Below, one piece after another: positions 8,440 to 18,172 of a stretch of DNA of 64,000 nt. Origin of the DNA: a virus (Duplodnaviria > Caudoviricetes). Positions within the stretch are counted from its first letter, which is position 1. Every line of letters begins with the position of its first letter. The notes beneath the pieces were generated by a model, which saw only the letters and a list, made by a program, of their open reading frames with translations, searched no databases and was not told the DNA's origin. The stretch covers positions 69,462 to 133,461 of IMG/VR virus record IMGVR_UViG_3300031992_000031. The stretch is one strand, 5' to 3'. The position numbers and the translations under genes are program-made.

Positions 8440-10520
8440 TAACTGCTCGTAATATGGAAGAAGTTGTAACTGAAAATTTTGAGCGTTATGCAGGTAATGT
8501 AATCCTTGATCGCGCAATTTGTGATGTTCGTGATATGTTAAAACCTAGCGCGCGAATGTTAATGTATTCTCAGCAGCATATAACTAAAAATACTCATAAG
8601 AAACCGTTTATCAAAAGTGCTCGTGTAGTTGGTGATTGTCTGGGTCATTTATATGAGCATGGTGACTCTTCCTGCTATGGTGCGTATATTCGTATGGCTA
8701 AACCATATGCTATGCGCTATCCTCTTGAAGAATGTCAAGGTTCATATGGTACCATGATTACCAATGGTGATGAAGCATCTATGCGTTATACCGAATTGCG
8801 TTTAAATGAACTATCAAGTTACATTTATGGCGGCTTAGATGAAAACGCCATTGGCCCAGATGCCTGGAGAAATAACTTCGATGAAACAGAGCAATATCCT
8901 GGAGTTATGCCGAGTATTGGATATTTTAATATCTGTAATGGCACTCAGGGATTGGGCATAGCTATTTCGTCTTCAATTCCGCAATTTAATATCAAAGAAG
9001 TAAATGGTGCGATAGTTAAGTTAATTAAGGATCCAAACTCACCAGACGATCAGATTATTGTAATGCCAGATTTTGCAACTGGTGGAATCCTTACCAATCA
9101 GAAGGAAGTCTATGAATCACTTCGTCTTGGTAATGGTAAATCATGTCGCCTTCGCGCGAAAATTGATTATAATCCCGCAACAAATAGTTTAATTGTAACT
9201 GAAATTCCATATGGAGTTTATACAGAAAAAATCACAGGAGCAATTAAGGCTATGATCTTGGATGATGAAAATTGTGGAATTAAATCTGTAAATGATAATA
9301 GTGGTGATACTGCGGAAATTCATATTGAACTTGAAAAAGGTGTTAATCCGCAGAAAATGATAGCTAAATTATATCATGATACACCACTTGAATCTCATTT
9401 TACTATTAATATGTGGGTATTGAAAGATGGACGTTTTCCAACTCTAATGGGACTGCGGGAAATTTTTCATAGCTATATTGAACATATTAGAATTTGTAAG
9501 CGTCGTGAAATTGAATTTGAATTGAATAAAGCGCTGGCACGCGAAAACATTATCGAAGGATTACTATTAGCAATAGCAAATATTGATGATATTGTTGCTA
9601 TCATTAAGGGGAGCGATAGTCCCGCGGATGCAGCAAAAGCATTGATAGCAAAATATGGATTTAATAAAGAACAGGTAGACGCAATTCTTGCTATGAAGCT
9701 ATCTTCTTTATGCCGACTTGATGGCGTAAAATTAAATGATGAGCTAGCAGAAAAAAGAAGGTTTATTGCTGACTGTCACTACCTATTATCTGAGCCTACT
9801 GCCCTTGATGAAAAATTGATTGAAACTCTAGAAGAAGTAGCAAAACGTTTTGGTGACAATAGACGTACACAAATTACTAATATTCTTGGTGATGAAGAAG
9901 AACCTGAAGAAATAAAAGAACAAGATATTGCTGTTATTTATAATGGTAAAATTGTTAAATTAGTAGAAAAAGAAAAGGCTTCTAAAATCTCTAAACAAGA
10001 GGTAATTTATACTACAAATCTTGGTTCATTAACATTAATTACTGATGCCGGTAAAATGTATAATGCATCTTTAAGTAAATTAAAATTAAACAAAGATTAT
10101 AAATTAGGTGAAGTGTTTGAAATTGGAGGAGAACATCCGCGCCTACTGATTGATACATTATCATTTAATGCTTATAAAACTTTAACTTGTATTACAAGAA
10201 ATGGGTTTATTAAAAAGAGTTCTATTGCCGAATATACAGCACGTTCTAAAAAAGGTACAATTGTATTAAAACTAGATGAATCTGATTCTCTAATAGCAGT
10301 AATACTTAGTAGTGATGATAATGACAAAATTGTAATTATTGGAAATAATGATTATTATAATTGTTACCCATTAAAAGATATTAATTGCACCGGACGTGCT
10401 ACTAAAGGTGTAAAAGCTATTAAACTAGAAGAAAATGGATTTGTAAAAGAGGCCAAGTGGATAGGTGATAATTCATATAAAATTACCGGTCGAGCGGTAA
10501 AAGGAGTTAAAAATGGATAA
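8436..10520 (+). CDS. gyrA: type IIA topoisomerase subunit A (GyrA/ParC-like), short C-terminal domain
   Basis: RAICDVRDMLKP, KSARVVGD, HGDSS, ASMRYTE (catalytic Tyr), PDFATGG. Confidence 0.92.
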   Translation: MITARNMEEVVTENFERYAGNVILDRAICDVRDMLKPSARMLMYSQQHITKNTHKKPFIKSARVVGDCLGHLYEHGDSSCYGAYIRMAKPYAMRYPLEECQGSYGTMITNGDEASMRYTELRLNELSSYIYGGLDENAIGPDAWRNNFDETEQYPGVMPSIGYFNICNGTQGLGIAISSSIPQFNIKEVNGAIVKLIKDPNSPDDQIIVMPDFATGGILTNQKEVYESLRLGNGKSCRLRAKIDYNPATNSLIVTEIPYGVYTEKITGAIKAMILDDENCGIKSVNDNSGDTAEIHIELEKGVNPQKMIAKLYHDTPLESHFTINMWVLKDGRFPTLMGLREIFHSYIEHIRICKRREIEFELNKALARENIIEGLLLAIANIDDIVAIIKGSDSPADAAKALIAKYGFNKEQVDAILAMKLSSLCRLDGVKLNDELAEKRRFIADCHYLLSEPTALDEKLIETLEEVAKRFGDNRRTQITNILGDEEEPEEIKEQDIAVIYNGKIVKLVEKEKASKISKQEVIYTTNLGSLTLITDAGKMYNASLSKLKLNKDYKLGEVFEIGGEHPRLLIDTLSFNAYKTLTCITRNGFIKKSSIAEYTARSKKGTIVLKLDESDSLIAVILSSDDNDKIVIIGNNDYYNCYPLKDINCTGRATKGVKAIKLEENGFVKEAKWIGDNSYKITGRAVKGVKNG

Positions 10521-10899
10521 AAAATATATTACACTATTTAAGGATCTAGCGCAATCTACCGCATCTTCCGCAGAAACGGTAATGGATTATGACCGTGAGA
10601 AAAACGATCAGAAAGGGCTAGAAACAGCGCAAACTATGCGTGATGATTTTCAAGATCTAGCAAATAGAATTAATACAACTGAATATACTATGACAAAGAG
10701 TGATGCCGCAAAATTGCTAGTTGGGACAATGATTATAACCAATCAAATACAAGATCGTATTAATGGTTTAAAAAAAGCAATGACCGGATATCAAACAGAT
10801 GTAATTCCTAAATTACAAGAAATTGTAGACAATGCTAATACAGATGAAGAAGCTAATGAATTAGCAAATAAAAAATTTATAATTGAAGATAACGATTGA
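10513..10899 (+). CDS. hypothetical helical protein (128 aa)
   Basis: AAAGGAG RBS, overlaps the topoisomerase stop. Confidence 0.7.
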   Translation: MDKKYITLFKDLAQSTASSAETVMDYDREKNDQKGLETAQTMRDDFQDLANRINTTEYTMTKSDAAKLLVGTMIITNQIQDRINGLKKAMTGYQTDVIPKLQEIVDNANTDEEANELANKKFIIEDND

Positions 10900-10903
10900 A
10901 TAT

Positions 10904-10932
10904 TTGACTATTTTGAAAATTTATTGTATAAT
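10904..10932 (+). promoter_or_regulatory. sigma70-type promoter
   Basis: TTGACT, 17 bp, TATAAT. Confidence 0.75.
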
Positions 10933-10938
10933 AATAGT

Positions 10939-11021
10939 GTAAGAAGAGAAGCAGAGGAAGTCATGAGCCTCTGAGATAATGTGCCTCATCACAAGTCTCT
11001 TACGATTTTAATCAATGAGGT
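10939..11021 (+). promoter_or_regulatory. structured 5' leader able to sequester the endonuclease RBS
   Basis: GTAAGA/TCTTAC and CAGAGG/CCTCTG stems; GCCTCAT (10983-10989) is complementary to ATGAGGT (RBS, 11015-11021). Confidence 0.45.
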
Positions 11022-11029
11022 GATTAAAC

Positions 11030-11860
11030 ATGGGATATATTTATAAAATTACTAATTTAGTCAATAATAAGGCTTATGTTGGACAAACAAAATAGCCTAT
11101 TGAAATAAGGTGGGAAGCGCATGTATATGCGGCTTTCAGAGAAAATGACGATAATAGATATTATCTTCATCGTGCTATAAATAAATATGGTTTAGAAAAT
11201 TTTAAATTTGAAATAATTGAAGAAGTTCCCAATACTAAATTGGATGAAAGAGAAATTTATTGGATAGCACATTTTCACACATATAGATATGACGAAGAAG
11301 GAAATCAAGGTTATAATCTAACTCGTGGCGGTAAAGGTAACTGGAAATTTGAACCAGAAGCGCTATTGAAAGCATTTTTTAATAATAATGAACATTTAGG
11401 AAATACATGTAAAGATATTGGATGTGCAGAGCCAACTTTAATCAAGGTTTTACAAGAAAATGGATTATTTGGTAAAGGTAGTATGACTTCAGTATATCAA
11501 ATATCTTTGGTAGATGGAAGTATTATTAAGAAGTTTGATTCAGCCATAGAAGTTATGAAAACTTTTAATCGTTGTAAAACTGCAATATGTGATGCAATGA
11601 ATGGTAGACAGAAAACTGCTGCTGGATATATATGGTGTAAAGTAGAAGATTATCCTAATTTTAAACTTGAAGAACATATAGATAATAAGCAAAAGAAAGT
11701 ATTATGTGTGGAAAAGAATTTACAATTTAATATGATTAAAGATGCTGGCAAATGGGTATATGAAAATGGATATACGACTAGTAGAGAAGTAAATGCAAAT
11801 ATATGTAGAGCATGTAAAAAAGGTATAAAAGCATACGGCTTCCATTGGCAGTATGTATAA
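11030..11860 (+). CDS. free-standing GIY-YIG homing endonuclease with NUMOD1-type repeats (276 aa, one TAG=Gln)
   Basis: MGYIYKITNLVNNKAYVGQTK*PIEIRW...LHRAINKYG..NF...EREIYWI...GYNLTRGG; in-frame TAG at 11093-11095 (codon 22). The ORF track shows only the 3' part. Confidence 0.88.
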
Positions 11861-11893
11861 TAATAAAAATATTTATAAAAGAGGTAATGTAAA

Positions 11894-12517
11894 ATGACCA
11901 TAAACTATTGTGGCCTTGTAGAGTAATCTACATTGAATAACCTGTCTAATTCGGGGAAAATCTCTATGAGATAACCGCCGAGCTAAACTTCGTAAGAAGA
12001 AATGTGGAACGACTAGCTGAAAAGCGTAGCCTCAAGTGAGGCGAAAAGACAGGAACCCTACATTTTGAGGGTTGTGATATAGTCTGAACTTTATGGCGAC
12101 ATAAAGCAGTTCATAAGAGAACGAATATAGATTAACGACCTATATTGAACATTTTGTAATAGTGAACGTGTATTAAACTTTTTAAAGGAAAATTATGGCA
12201 AGGAATTTAGTAAGCAGGAAATCGCGGATGCCCTGGGCATTTCTCTATCTGCTGTAATTGGGAGCATCAATCCTCTAGAAAAGAAAGGTTATTCTCATGT
12301 AACCCGTGAAGAAGTAATTGAACTGGAGCCCGCTACGGAAACTCGTAAGGCAAAGACTAAGACCGTTAAGTATCATACTCTAACTGAAGAGGGTCTAGCT
12401 TATGATCCTATTGCTGAGGAAGCCGAAAAGATCGCCGCGAAGCAGGCAGAAAAAGAGCGTAAGGCCGCAGAAAAGGCAGCTGCGAAAGCCGCTAAGGAAG
12501 CAGAAGCAACATTTTAA
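11894..12517 (+). CDS. intron-split winged-helix protein with Ala/Lys-rich tail; join(11894..11901,12157..12517), 122 aa
   Basis: GAGGT RBS; ATG ACC AT | intron | T AAT AGT gives MTINSERVLNFLKENYGKEFSKQEIADALGISLSAVIGSINPLEKKGY...KAAEKAAAKAAKEAEATF. Exon 2 lacks its own ATG and is missing from the ORF track. Confidence 0.85.
11902..12156 (+). mobile_element. group I self-splicing intron (255 nt, no internal ORF)
   Basis: Core elements AATTCGGGGAA (P), AACCGCCGAGC (Q), GGAACGACTA (R), GATATAGTCT (S); 5' splice U.G pair in P1 (CCAU/GUGG); P10 ACUAUUG/UAAUAGU; terminal omega-G at 12156. Confidence 0.9.
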
Positions 12518-12557
12518 TTTATAACAAATCGAAGCAAAATAAAAGGAGAAAAGTAAA

Positions 12558-13460
12558 ATGAAAAGTATTCAGATTCAGTCAACTAACAAACTTAATTTGG
12601 CAGGTAAACTGTTGGATGTAACTACTGGTAGTGGAAGTCTGTCTGATGGACGTCCATATCAGCGTGCGACCGTAACGGTTCGCGTGACTCAGACTTATGG
12701 CGGAAAGGAAGAAACCAGTGATGTTCAGGTTGGCATGTTCGCGACCGAATTCACTTCTACTGGTAAGCCGAATCCCGCATGGAAGAGTCTAAATGACCTG
12801 AAACTCATGAAGACTGCGCAGAATGTAGGCATTGATAATGCTTCTCATGTGCGTCTTACAGGAGCAACTTTGCAGGAGAATAATTTTGTATCTAGGAGCG
12901 GTCAGCTAATTAATGGTTGGCAGATTCGTGGCAGCTTTATTAATGAAGCTAAGGTTGCGGATGTAGCTTCTTTTGTAACCGATATCTTTATAATGGATAT
13001 GCATGATGAAGTTGATCGTGAAGGCGACACAACTGGTCGTTTGATTATTAAGGGCGGTATTGTACAGTATGGTGGAAAGCTCGACGTTGTAGAGTTCATT
13101 GTTGAGGCTCCCGATACTGTTGAATATATTTCTCGTAACTGGGAAGTTAATGGTACAGTTACTGTTAAAGGACGTATTCGTGTTCTTTCTCAGGAAGAAG
13201 AAGTTCAGTCCAGTGGATGGGGCGAAGATGTACCTGAAACTACAACTCGCTTCGTGCGCGAACTGATTATCACTACTGGTGATGATGAATGTAAGGAAGA
13301 AGATTTCGCGTATGACCCAGTTGAGATTAAGAAAGCGTTTAATGACCGTAAGGCGGCTATTGAACAGCTTCAGATTAACGCACGGAACACAGCCCCGAAG
13401 CAGGGTGCTGGAAGTGCTAACTCTGCGGAAGCTTCCTCTAAGAAGTATGATTGGGAGTAA
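12558..13460 (+). CDS. single-stranded DNA-binding protein (tandem OB-fold, SPbeta YorF-like)
   Basis: Beta-rich repeats (NKLNLAGKL, TVTVKGRI), low-complexity tail ending YDWE, located just before the AAA ATPase. Confidence 0.65.
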   Translation: MKSIQIQSTNKLNLAGKLLDVTTGSGSLSDGRPYQRATVTVRVTQTYGGKEETSDVQVGMFATEFTSTGKPNPAWKSLNDLKLMKTAQNVGIDNASHVRLTGATLQENNFVSRSGQLINGWQIRGSFINEAKVADVASFVTDIFIMDMHDEVDREGDTTGRLIIKGGIVQYGGKLDVVEFIVEAPDTVEYISRNWEVNGTVTVKGRIRVLSQEEEVQSSGWGEDVPETTTRFVRELIITTGDDECKEEDFAYDPVEIKKAFNDRKAAIEQLQINARNTAPKQGAGSANSAEASSKKYDWE

Positions 13461-13571
13461 TTGTAAGTCAATCCAGTGGTAGGAGTGATTAAAAGCACAC
13501 CTGGCAATTGAAAACTTACAATGTGATAGAGGAAAAGGGCATAAGAATTGGCTTATGCCCTACCTCGGACA
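13461..13571 (+). promoter_or_regulatory. two-hairpin structured intergenic RNA
   Basis: TTGTAAGT/ACTTACAA enclosing CAAT/ATTG and CCAG/CTGG; second stem GAGG..AGGGCATAAG/CTTATGCCCT..CCTC; no U-tail. Confidence 0.5.
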
Positions 13572-13595
13572 TTCATATGAAAGGAGGAAAATAAA

Positions 13596-14594
13596 ATGGC
13601 AGATATTGATATTTTCTCTCTTGAACCATCAAAGATTTCAAGAGACTTGAAGGGTAAATTCCTTCTTATTTATGGTCAGCCAAAGACCGGTAAATCCACA
13701 TTTGGTAGCCAGCTACCCCGTGCGCTATTTATGAACTTCGAGCAAGGCACTAACGCGCTAGCTGGTATTAAGAGCCAGCCAATTCTGCGTTGGACTGATG
13801 CAAAAAAGGTTCTTACACAGCTACGAAAACCACAGGCAAGAGAAATCTATGATACAATTGTAGTTGATACTGCTTCTATTGCTTGGCAACTATGTGAAAA
13901 ATATATTTGCCAACGCGAGAATCAAGAAAGTATTCGGGATATAGCTTGGGGCCAAGGCTGGAATATGTTAAAGCAGGAATTTTCTGAGTTTTGGCGTGAA
14001 ATTACATTACTAGGATTCGGTATTTTATTCATTGCGCATAGTAAAGAAAAGCCAACTGAAATGCGTACAGAAGATGGCGAGACAATTACCGCTGTGTGTC
14101 CAGATTTGCCGAACCAGTGTTATACAATTATCAACTCTATTGTTGATATTATTGGTTACTTACAGGTTCAGATGAACCCTGATGGCACTTCAGAACGTTT
14201 CCTGTATACACGTTCTACACCTACAATATTTGCTGGTAGTCGTTATCAGTATCTTGCACCTAAGATTAAATTTGGTTATCAAGAACTTGTAGATGCAATT
14301 GGCGATGCAATTGATAAAGCGGTTGAGCTGGATGGCGCTGAAGTAACCGATCATACCGAGATGGCGCAGATTAAAGATCGTCCATTTGCTGAAGTTATGA
14401 CTGAAGCAAGAGAAGTATGGGGCGCATATCTTGGAAAAGCAATAAATGAGGAAGAAAAAGATCAGCATTTAGCGATTATGAAGGATATTATAAAGAGAGT
14501 ATTTGGTTCCGAAGATTTCAAGTTAAGTCAGGCAGTTCCTTCACAATCCTCACTTGTTGAATACTTTATTGATGAAGTAAAACAGTTGATGTAA
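13596..14594 (+). CDS. AAA_24 / Sak4-like ATPase (recombination, SPbeta YorG-like)
   Basis: YGQPKTGKST Walker A, TIVVDT Walker B, ILFIAH. Confidence 0.82.
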   Translation: MADIDIFSLEPSKISRDLKGKFLLIYGQPKTGKSTFGSQLPRALFMNFEQGTNALAGIKSQPILRWTDAKKVLTQLRKPQAREIYDTIVVDTASIAWQLCEKYICQRENQESIRDIAWGQGWNMLKQEFSEFWREITLLGFGILFIAHSKEKPTEMRTEDGETITAVCPDLPNQCYTIINSIVDIIGYLQVQMNPDGTSERFLYTRSTPTIFAGSRYQYLAPKIKFGYQELVDAIGDAIDKAVELDGAEVTDHTEMAQIKDRPFAEVMTEAREVWGAYLGKAINEEEKDQHLAIMKDIIKRVFGSEDFKLSQAVPSQSSLVEYFIDEVKQLM

Positions 14595-14597
14595 TAT

Positions 14598-14700
14598 AAA
14601 TATAGTGGCGGAATAGGTAGACGCTTGGACACGTGCAAGGAATGATACTGATTGTTACATGAACACATTCTATGTAAGGTGCGAATCCTTACCTATATTT
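14598..14700 (+). ncRNA. tRNA-like RNA lacking a canonical anticodon arm
   Basis: Acceptor-like stem AAATATAG/CTATATTT, Leu/Ser-type D-arm GCGGAATAGGTAGACGC, T-like arm GTAAGG-TGCGAAT-CCTTAC, and a central ~49 nt with a GGAATG/CATTCT stem. Confidence 0.6.
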
Positions 14701-14701
14701 T

Positions 14702-14722
14702 AGAGCCGAAAGGCTCTTTTTT
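14702..14722 (+). terminator. intrinsic terminator
   Basis: AGAGCC-GAAA-GGCTCT followed by a T-run. Confidence 0.85.
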
Positions 14723-14724
14723 AT

Positions 14725-14753
14725 TTGACTTTTTTTATAAATTATAGTATACT
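14725..14753 (+). promoter_or_regulatory. sigma70-type promoter of replisome operon
   Basis: TTGACT, 17 bp, TATACT. Confidence 0.7.
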
Positions 14754-14784
14754 TTATATAGAATAAAAGTATAGGAGTGGTTAT

Positions 14785-15270
14785 ATGAAACTAACCCGGA
14801 AATGTAAAGGTTGTGGACAAGAAATTCGTAAAGATGAAATGATTCAGTATGCTACGTTAAGCGGCAAAACCACATATTGGTTTTGTAAGCCTTGTTATGA
14901 AGAAAGAATGGAAAGAGAACGTTTTCAAAACAAGGTATGCCAAATTTTTGGAATAAAGTCTCCTGGGCCAATTATTTGGACACAAAGAAAAAAATTGCGG
15001 GATACATATGGCTATACTGATGATGCAATTGTAGATTGTTTAGATTATATTTATAATGTTCAGCATAAGAATATTCTGTCTGAATCATTGGTATTAATAA
15101 ATCCTAAAAGTATGAATCAAATGAAAGCATGGAAAGCTGAACAGCGTGGTAAGGCTGGAAGTATCGCGGCCGCAATCAATACGATGGAAGTAAAAGAATA
15201 TATTGTTCCAATTAGAGAAAATAAGAAGAAAAAAGAAGAAATAAATCTAGACGATGCGTTGCTAGAGTAA
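14785..15270 (+). CDS. zinc-finger protein upstream of helicase (YorH-like, possible loader)
   Basis: CKGCG...FCKPCY; synteny. Confidence 0.55.
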   Translation: MKLTRKCKGCGQEIRKDEMIQYATLSGKTTYWFCKPCYEERMERERFQNKVCQIFGIKSPGPIIWTQRKKLRDTYGYTDDAIVDCLDYIYNVQHKNILSESLVLINPKSMNQMKAWKAEQRGKAGSIAAAINTMEVKEYIVPIRENKKKKEEINLDDALLE

Positions 15271-15282
15271 AGGAGGAATTAT

Positions 15283-16878
15283 ATGACGCTATCCGATTCT
15301 TATGCTTATATGCAGGTTATCGGTTGCTTAATGTATAAACCTCTATTATTTTTGGAATATCCAGACATACAACCACAGGATTTTGATCTAAGACCTGCGA
15401 GGGTATGTCTTCTTGCTATTAAAAAATTATATGAGGCGGGCGCTACTGTATTGACCCCACTTGAAGTGGATCAAGAAATCGAAAGAAGTGGTGCCGCAGC
15501 GGCACAAGTATATAAGGCCGAAGGCGGCCTAGACTTTTTAAAAAATTCTTATGAATACGCCCAATTAGGCAACTTTGAATTACATTATAAAAGAGTAAAA
15601 AAGTATTCATTATTAAGAAGATTACAGAAAGCACATTATGATATTAGTAAATATTATATAGCAGATAAAGATGTCAAGGACCCTCAATTAGAGGTTGAAA
15701 TTATTGAGAGATTAGAAAAAGCATCATTAGAAGATATATTAAATAATGTAGAAAAAGAATATAGTGAAATTAGAAATGATTTTTTGAATGGCGGCAGAAC
15801 CAAGGGCGACCCAGCAGAAGGACTTACAACTCTAATTGAAGATTTACGTAAGTCTCCAAGTATTGGGCCAAGTCTTGAAGGAAAAATATTTAGTTCGGTA
15901 TGTAGAGGCGCGCGAGAAGGGTGCTTTTTCCTTAAAAGTGCTAGTACAAGTGCTGGTAAATCTCGTACAAGTATATTTGATGCTTGTCATATTGCATATC
16001 CAAAAAGATGGTCCCATGAAAAGAATACATTTATAGAAGAAATACAGGCAGATGGAACGCCGCGAGAGCCAAGAAAAGTATTATTCATCGTAACTGAAAT
16101 GGATAAAGAAGAACTTCAAACAATTATGTTGGCATATCTATCAGGAGTAGATGAAGATAATATTTTGACTGGAAATTATGACTTAGGAGAATTAACCAGA
16201 GTGCGCCAAGCCGCAAAGATAATTGAAGAATACAGTGGTTATTTTATAGTTGAAGAAATAAGCGATCCTAATCTTCAAAATGTCGAAGCTACGATTCGTA
16301 AGTATGCGACAGTAGATGAAGTTAAATATGTATTTTTTGATTATATTCATTCAACTGCGAGTATGATTAATCAATTTTCAAAAAATAATATCAGAGAAGA
16401 TGTTATTTTGATGATGATGGCAAACCAGCTGAAACAATTAGCAAAAGATTATGGTTTGTTTATCTTCTCAGCAACACAGGTTAATGCACTTGCAATGGGC
16501 GATGAGGAAATGAATTTTAAAGATGAAAAGAGTATCCGTGGTGCGAAAGCTATCGCTGATAAAGCAGATATGGGATATGTAATGACAAGAGTCCCAGAGA
16601 AGGGTTGGCAATCAATCGTTCCGACTTTAAAACAAGCTGCGAGAGAGGGCACAATAACAGCGGATATAATAGATAATCCTCCAACTCATGTATTGGATAT
16701 ATATAAAATGCGGCGTGGCCGCTATAAAATGATTAGAATATGGTGTAGAATCCATTTGGGCACAGGAGAAAGAAAAGATTTATTTATAACAAATGCGGTA
16801 AATCAACCGATTAGTGAGCCGATAGATATATTTTCAAGTGCGAGTGAGCGAATAATTACAATTTAGGAAGAAGGATGA
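15283..16878 (+). CDS. dnaB: replicative DNA helicase (DnaB family); ends at TAG 16866 in code 11 or TGA 16878 in code 15
   Basis: ASTSAGKSR Walker A, FIVTEM, YVFFDYIH, LKQLAKDYG..IFSATQVN, IRGAKAIADKAD. Confidence 0.88.
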
Positions 16879-16881
16879 TAA

Positions 16882-18003
16882 ATGACAGCATCATTACAAG
16901 GCTTAGATCCAGAATTAGAATTATTAGATATTACAATACAAGATATTATTAATTCAATTACATTAGATGATGTACGGATTTTTCTAGAAAGTTTAGGCGT
17001 AGATCAGATAGCGGTTTATGAAGATAAAGGATATCTGGTATGCCCAACCATCTGTCATAATCCATTAGATGAAGCAGAATCAATGAAATTATATTGGTAT
17101 CAAAATAATAAAATCTTTAAATGTTATACTGAATGTAATGAATCTATGTCAATCTTTACTCTATATCAAAAATTTATGAGAATAAATTATCATAGAGTAG
17201 AATTTAATGAAGCGGTTGATTATGTTAAGAAGTGTATAAAACATATTACATTATCTAATCAGAAAAAATATAAGTCGATTGTTGATTTTGACAGATATAA
17301 ATTTGATTCTTCGATTCCTAAACTTACAGAATACCCAAGACAAATGTTATCATATTTTCTTCCATATCATCATCCATTGTGGTTAAAAGATGGTATTCAA
17401 CCAGAGGTAATGGATAAGTTTCATATAGGTTTTTGGAATAGAGAAAATAAAATAACTATCCCGCATTTTGATATTAATGGAAGATTAGTTGGCATTCGCG
17501 CGCGAGCGCTTAACCAAGAAGAAGTAGAAGCATATGGAAAATATAGACCGGTTCAGATAGGAGATACATTATATGCTCATCCACTTCATTTTAACTTATA
17601 TGGAATATATGAGCATCAAAACGCTATTAGAAAGCGTAGAAGCGCAATAATCGCAGAGGGAGAAAAATCTGTATTGTTAGATGAAGGATATTATGGTGAC
17701 CTAAGTAATACAGTCGCATGTTGTGGTTCTAATTTAAATAAATTTCAAGTTAGCTTGCTAACAAATATACTCGGCGCAAATGAAATAACAATTGCCTTTG
17801 ATAAGGAATATGAGGATTGGCGCTCAAATGAAGCACGAGAATATCGTGTTAAAATAGAAAATATGTGTAAGAAATATAAATGGCAGGCTACTTTTTATTA
17901 TATATGGGACATGGATAATCTTTTAGGACATAAAGATAGTCCATTTGATAGGGGCAAAGAAGTTTTTGAAGAACTTTATAAACATAGGATAAGAGTGAGA
18001 TAA
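16882..18003 (+). CDS. dnaG: DNA primase
   Basis: Zn-binding CHN...CYTEC, ITIPH...LVGIRAR, TOPRIM EGEKS and IAFDKE. Confidence 0.85.
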   Translation: MTASLQGLDPELELLDITIQDIINSITLDDVRIFLESLGVDQIAVYEDKGYLVCPTICHNPLDEAESMKLYWYQNNKIFKCYTECNESMSIFTLYQKFMRINYHRVEFNEAVDYVKKCIKHITLSNQKKYKSIVDFDRYKFDSSIPKLTEYPRQMLSYFLPYHHPLWLKDGIQPEVMDKFHIGFWNRENKITIPHFDINGRLVGIRARALNQEEVEAYGKYRPVQIGDTLYAHPLHFNLYGIYEHQNAIRKRRSAIIAEGEKSVLLDEGYYGDLSNTVACCGSNLNKFQVSLLTNILGANEITIAFDKEYEDWRSNEAREYRVKIENMCKKYKWQATFYYIWDMDNLLGHKDSPFDRGKEVFEELYKHRIRVR

Positions 18004-18004
18004 T

Positions 18005-18172
18005 ATGAAATATAATTTAGAAATAGAAAAAAATAAACAATGTTGGTTATATAAATATAATTGTCCATGCCGTACTGGAGGCTGCTATGGATTACCAGAT
18101 GAAGGTTGTCCAGTATACGAATGGTTTAAACAAGTTATTGAATATCAAGAAAGGAGTAATGATATGAAATGA
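18005..18172 (+). CDS. small Cys-rich hypothetical protein (55 aa)
   Basis: MKYNLE...CWLYKYNCPCRTGGCYGLPDEGCPVY...; fills the gap and overlaps the recJ start (ATGA). Confidence 0.5.
   Translation: MKYNLEIEKNKQCWLYKYNCPCRTGGCYGLPDEGCPVYEWFKQVIEYQERSNDMK

Noticed and set aside
14598-14700. Amber suppressor tRNA (CUA)
   Set aside because: No 5-bp stem with a 7-nt loop centred on CTA could be drawn; the T-loop is non-canonical.
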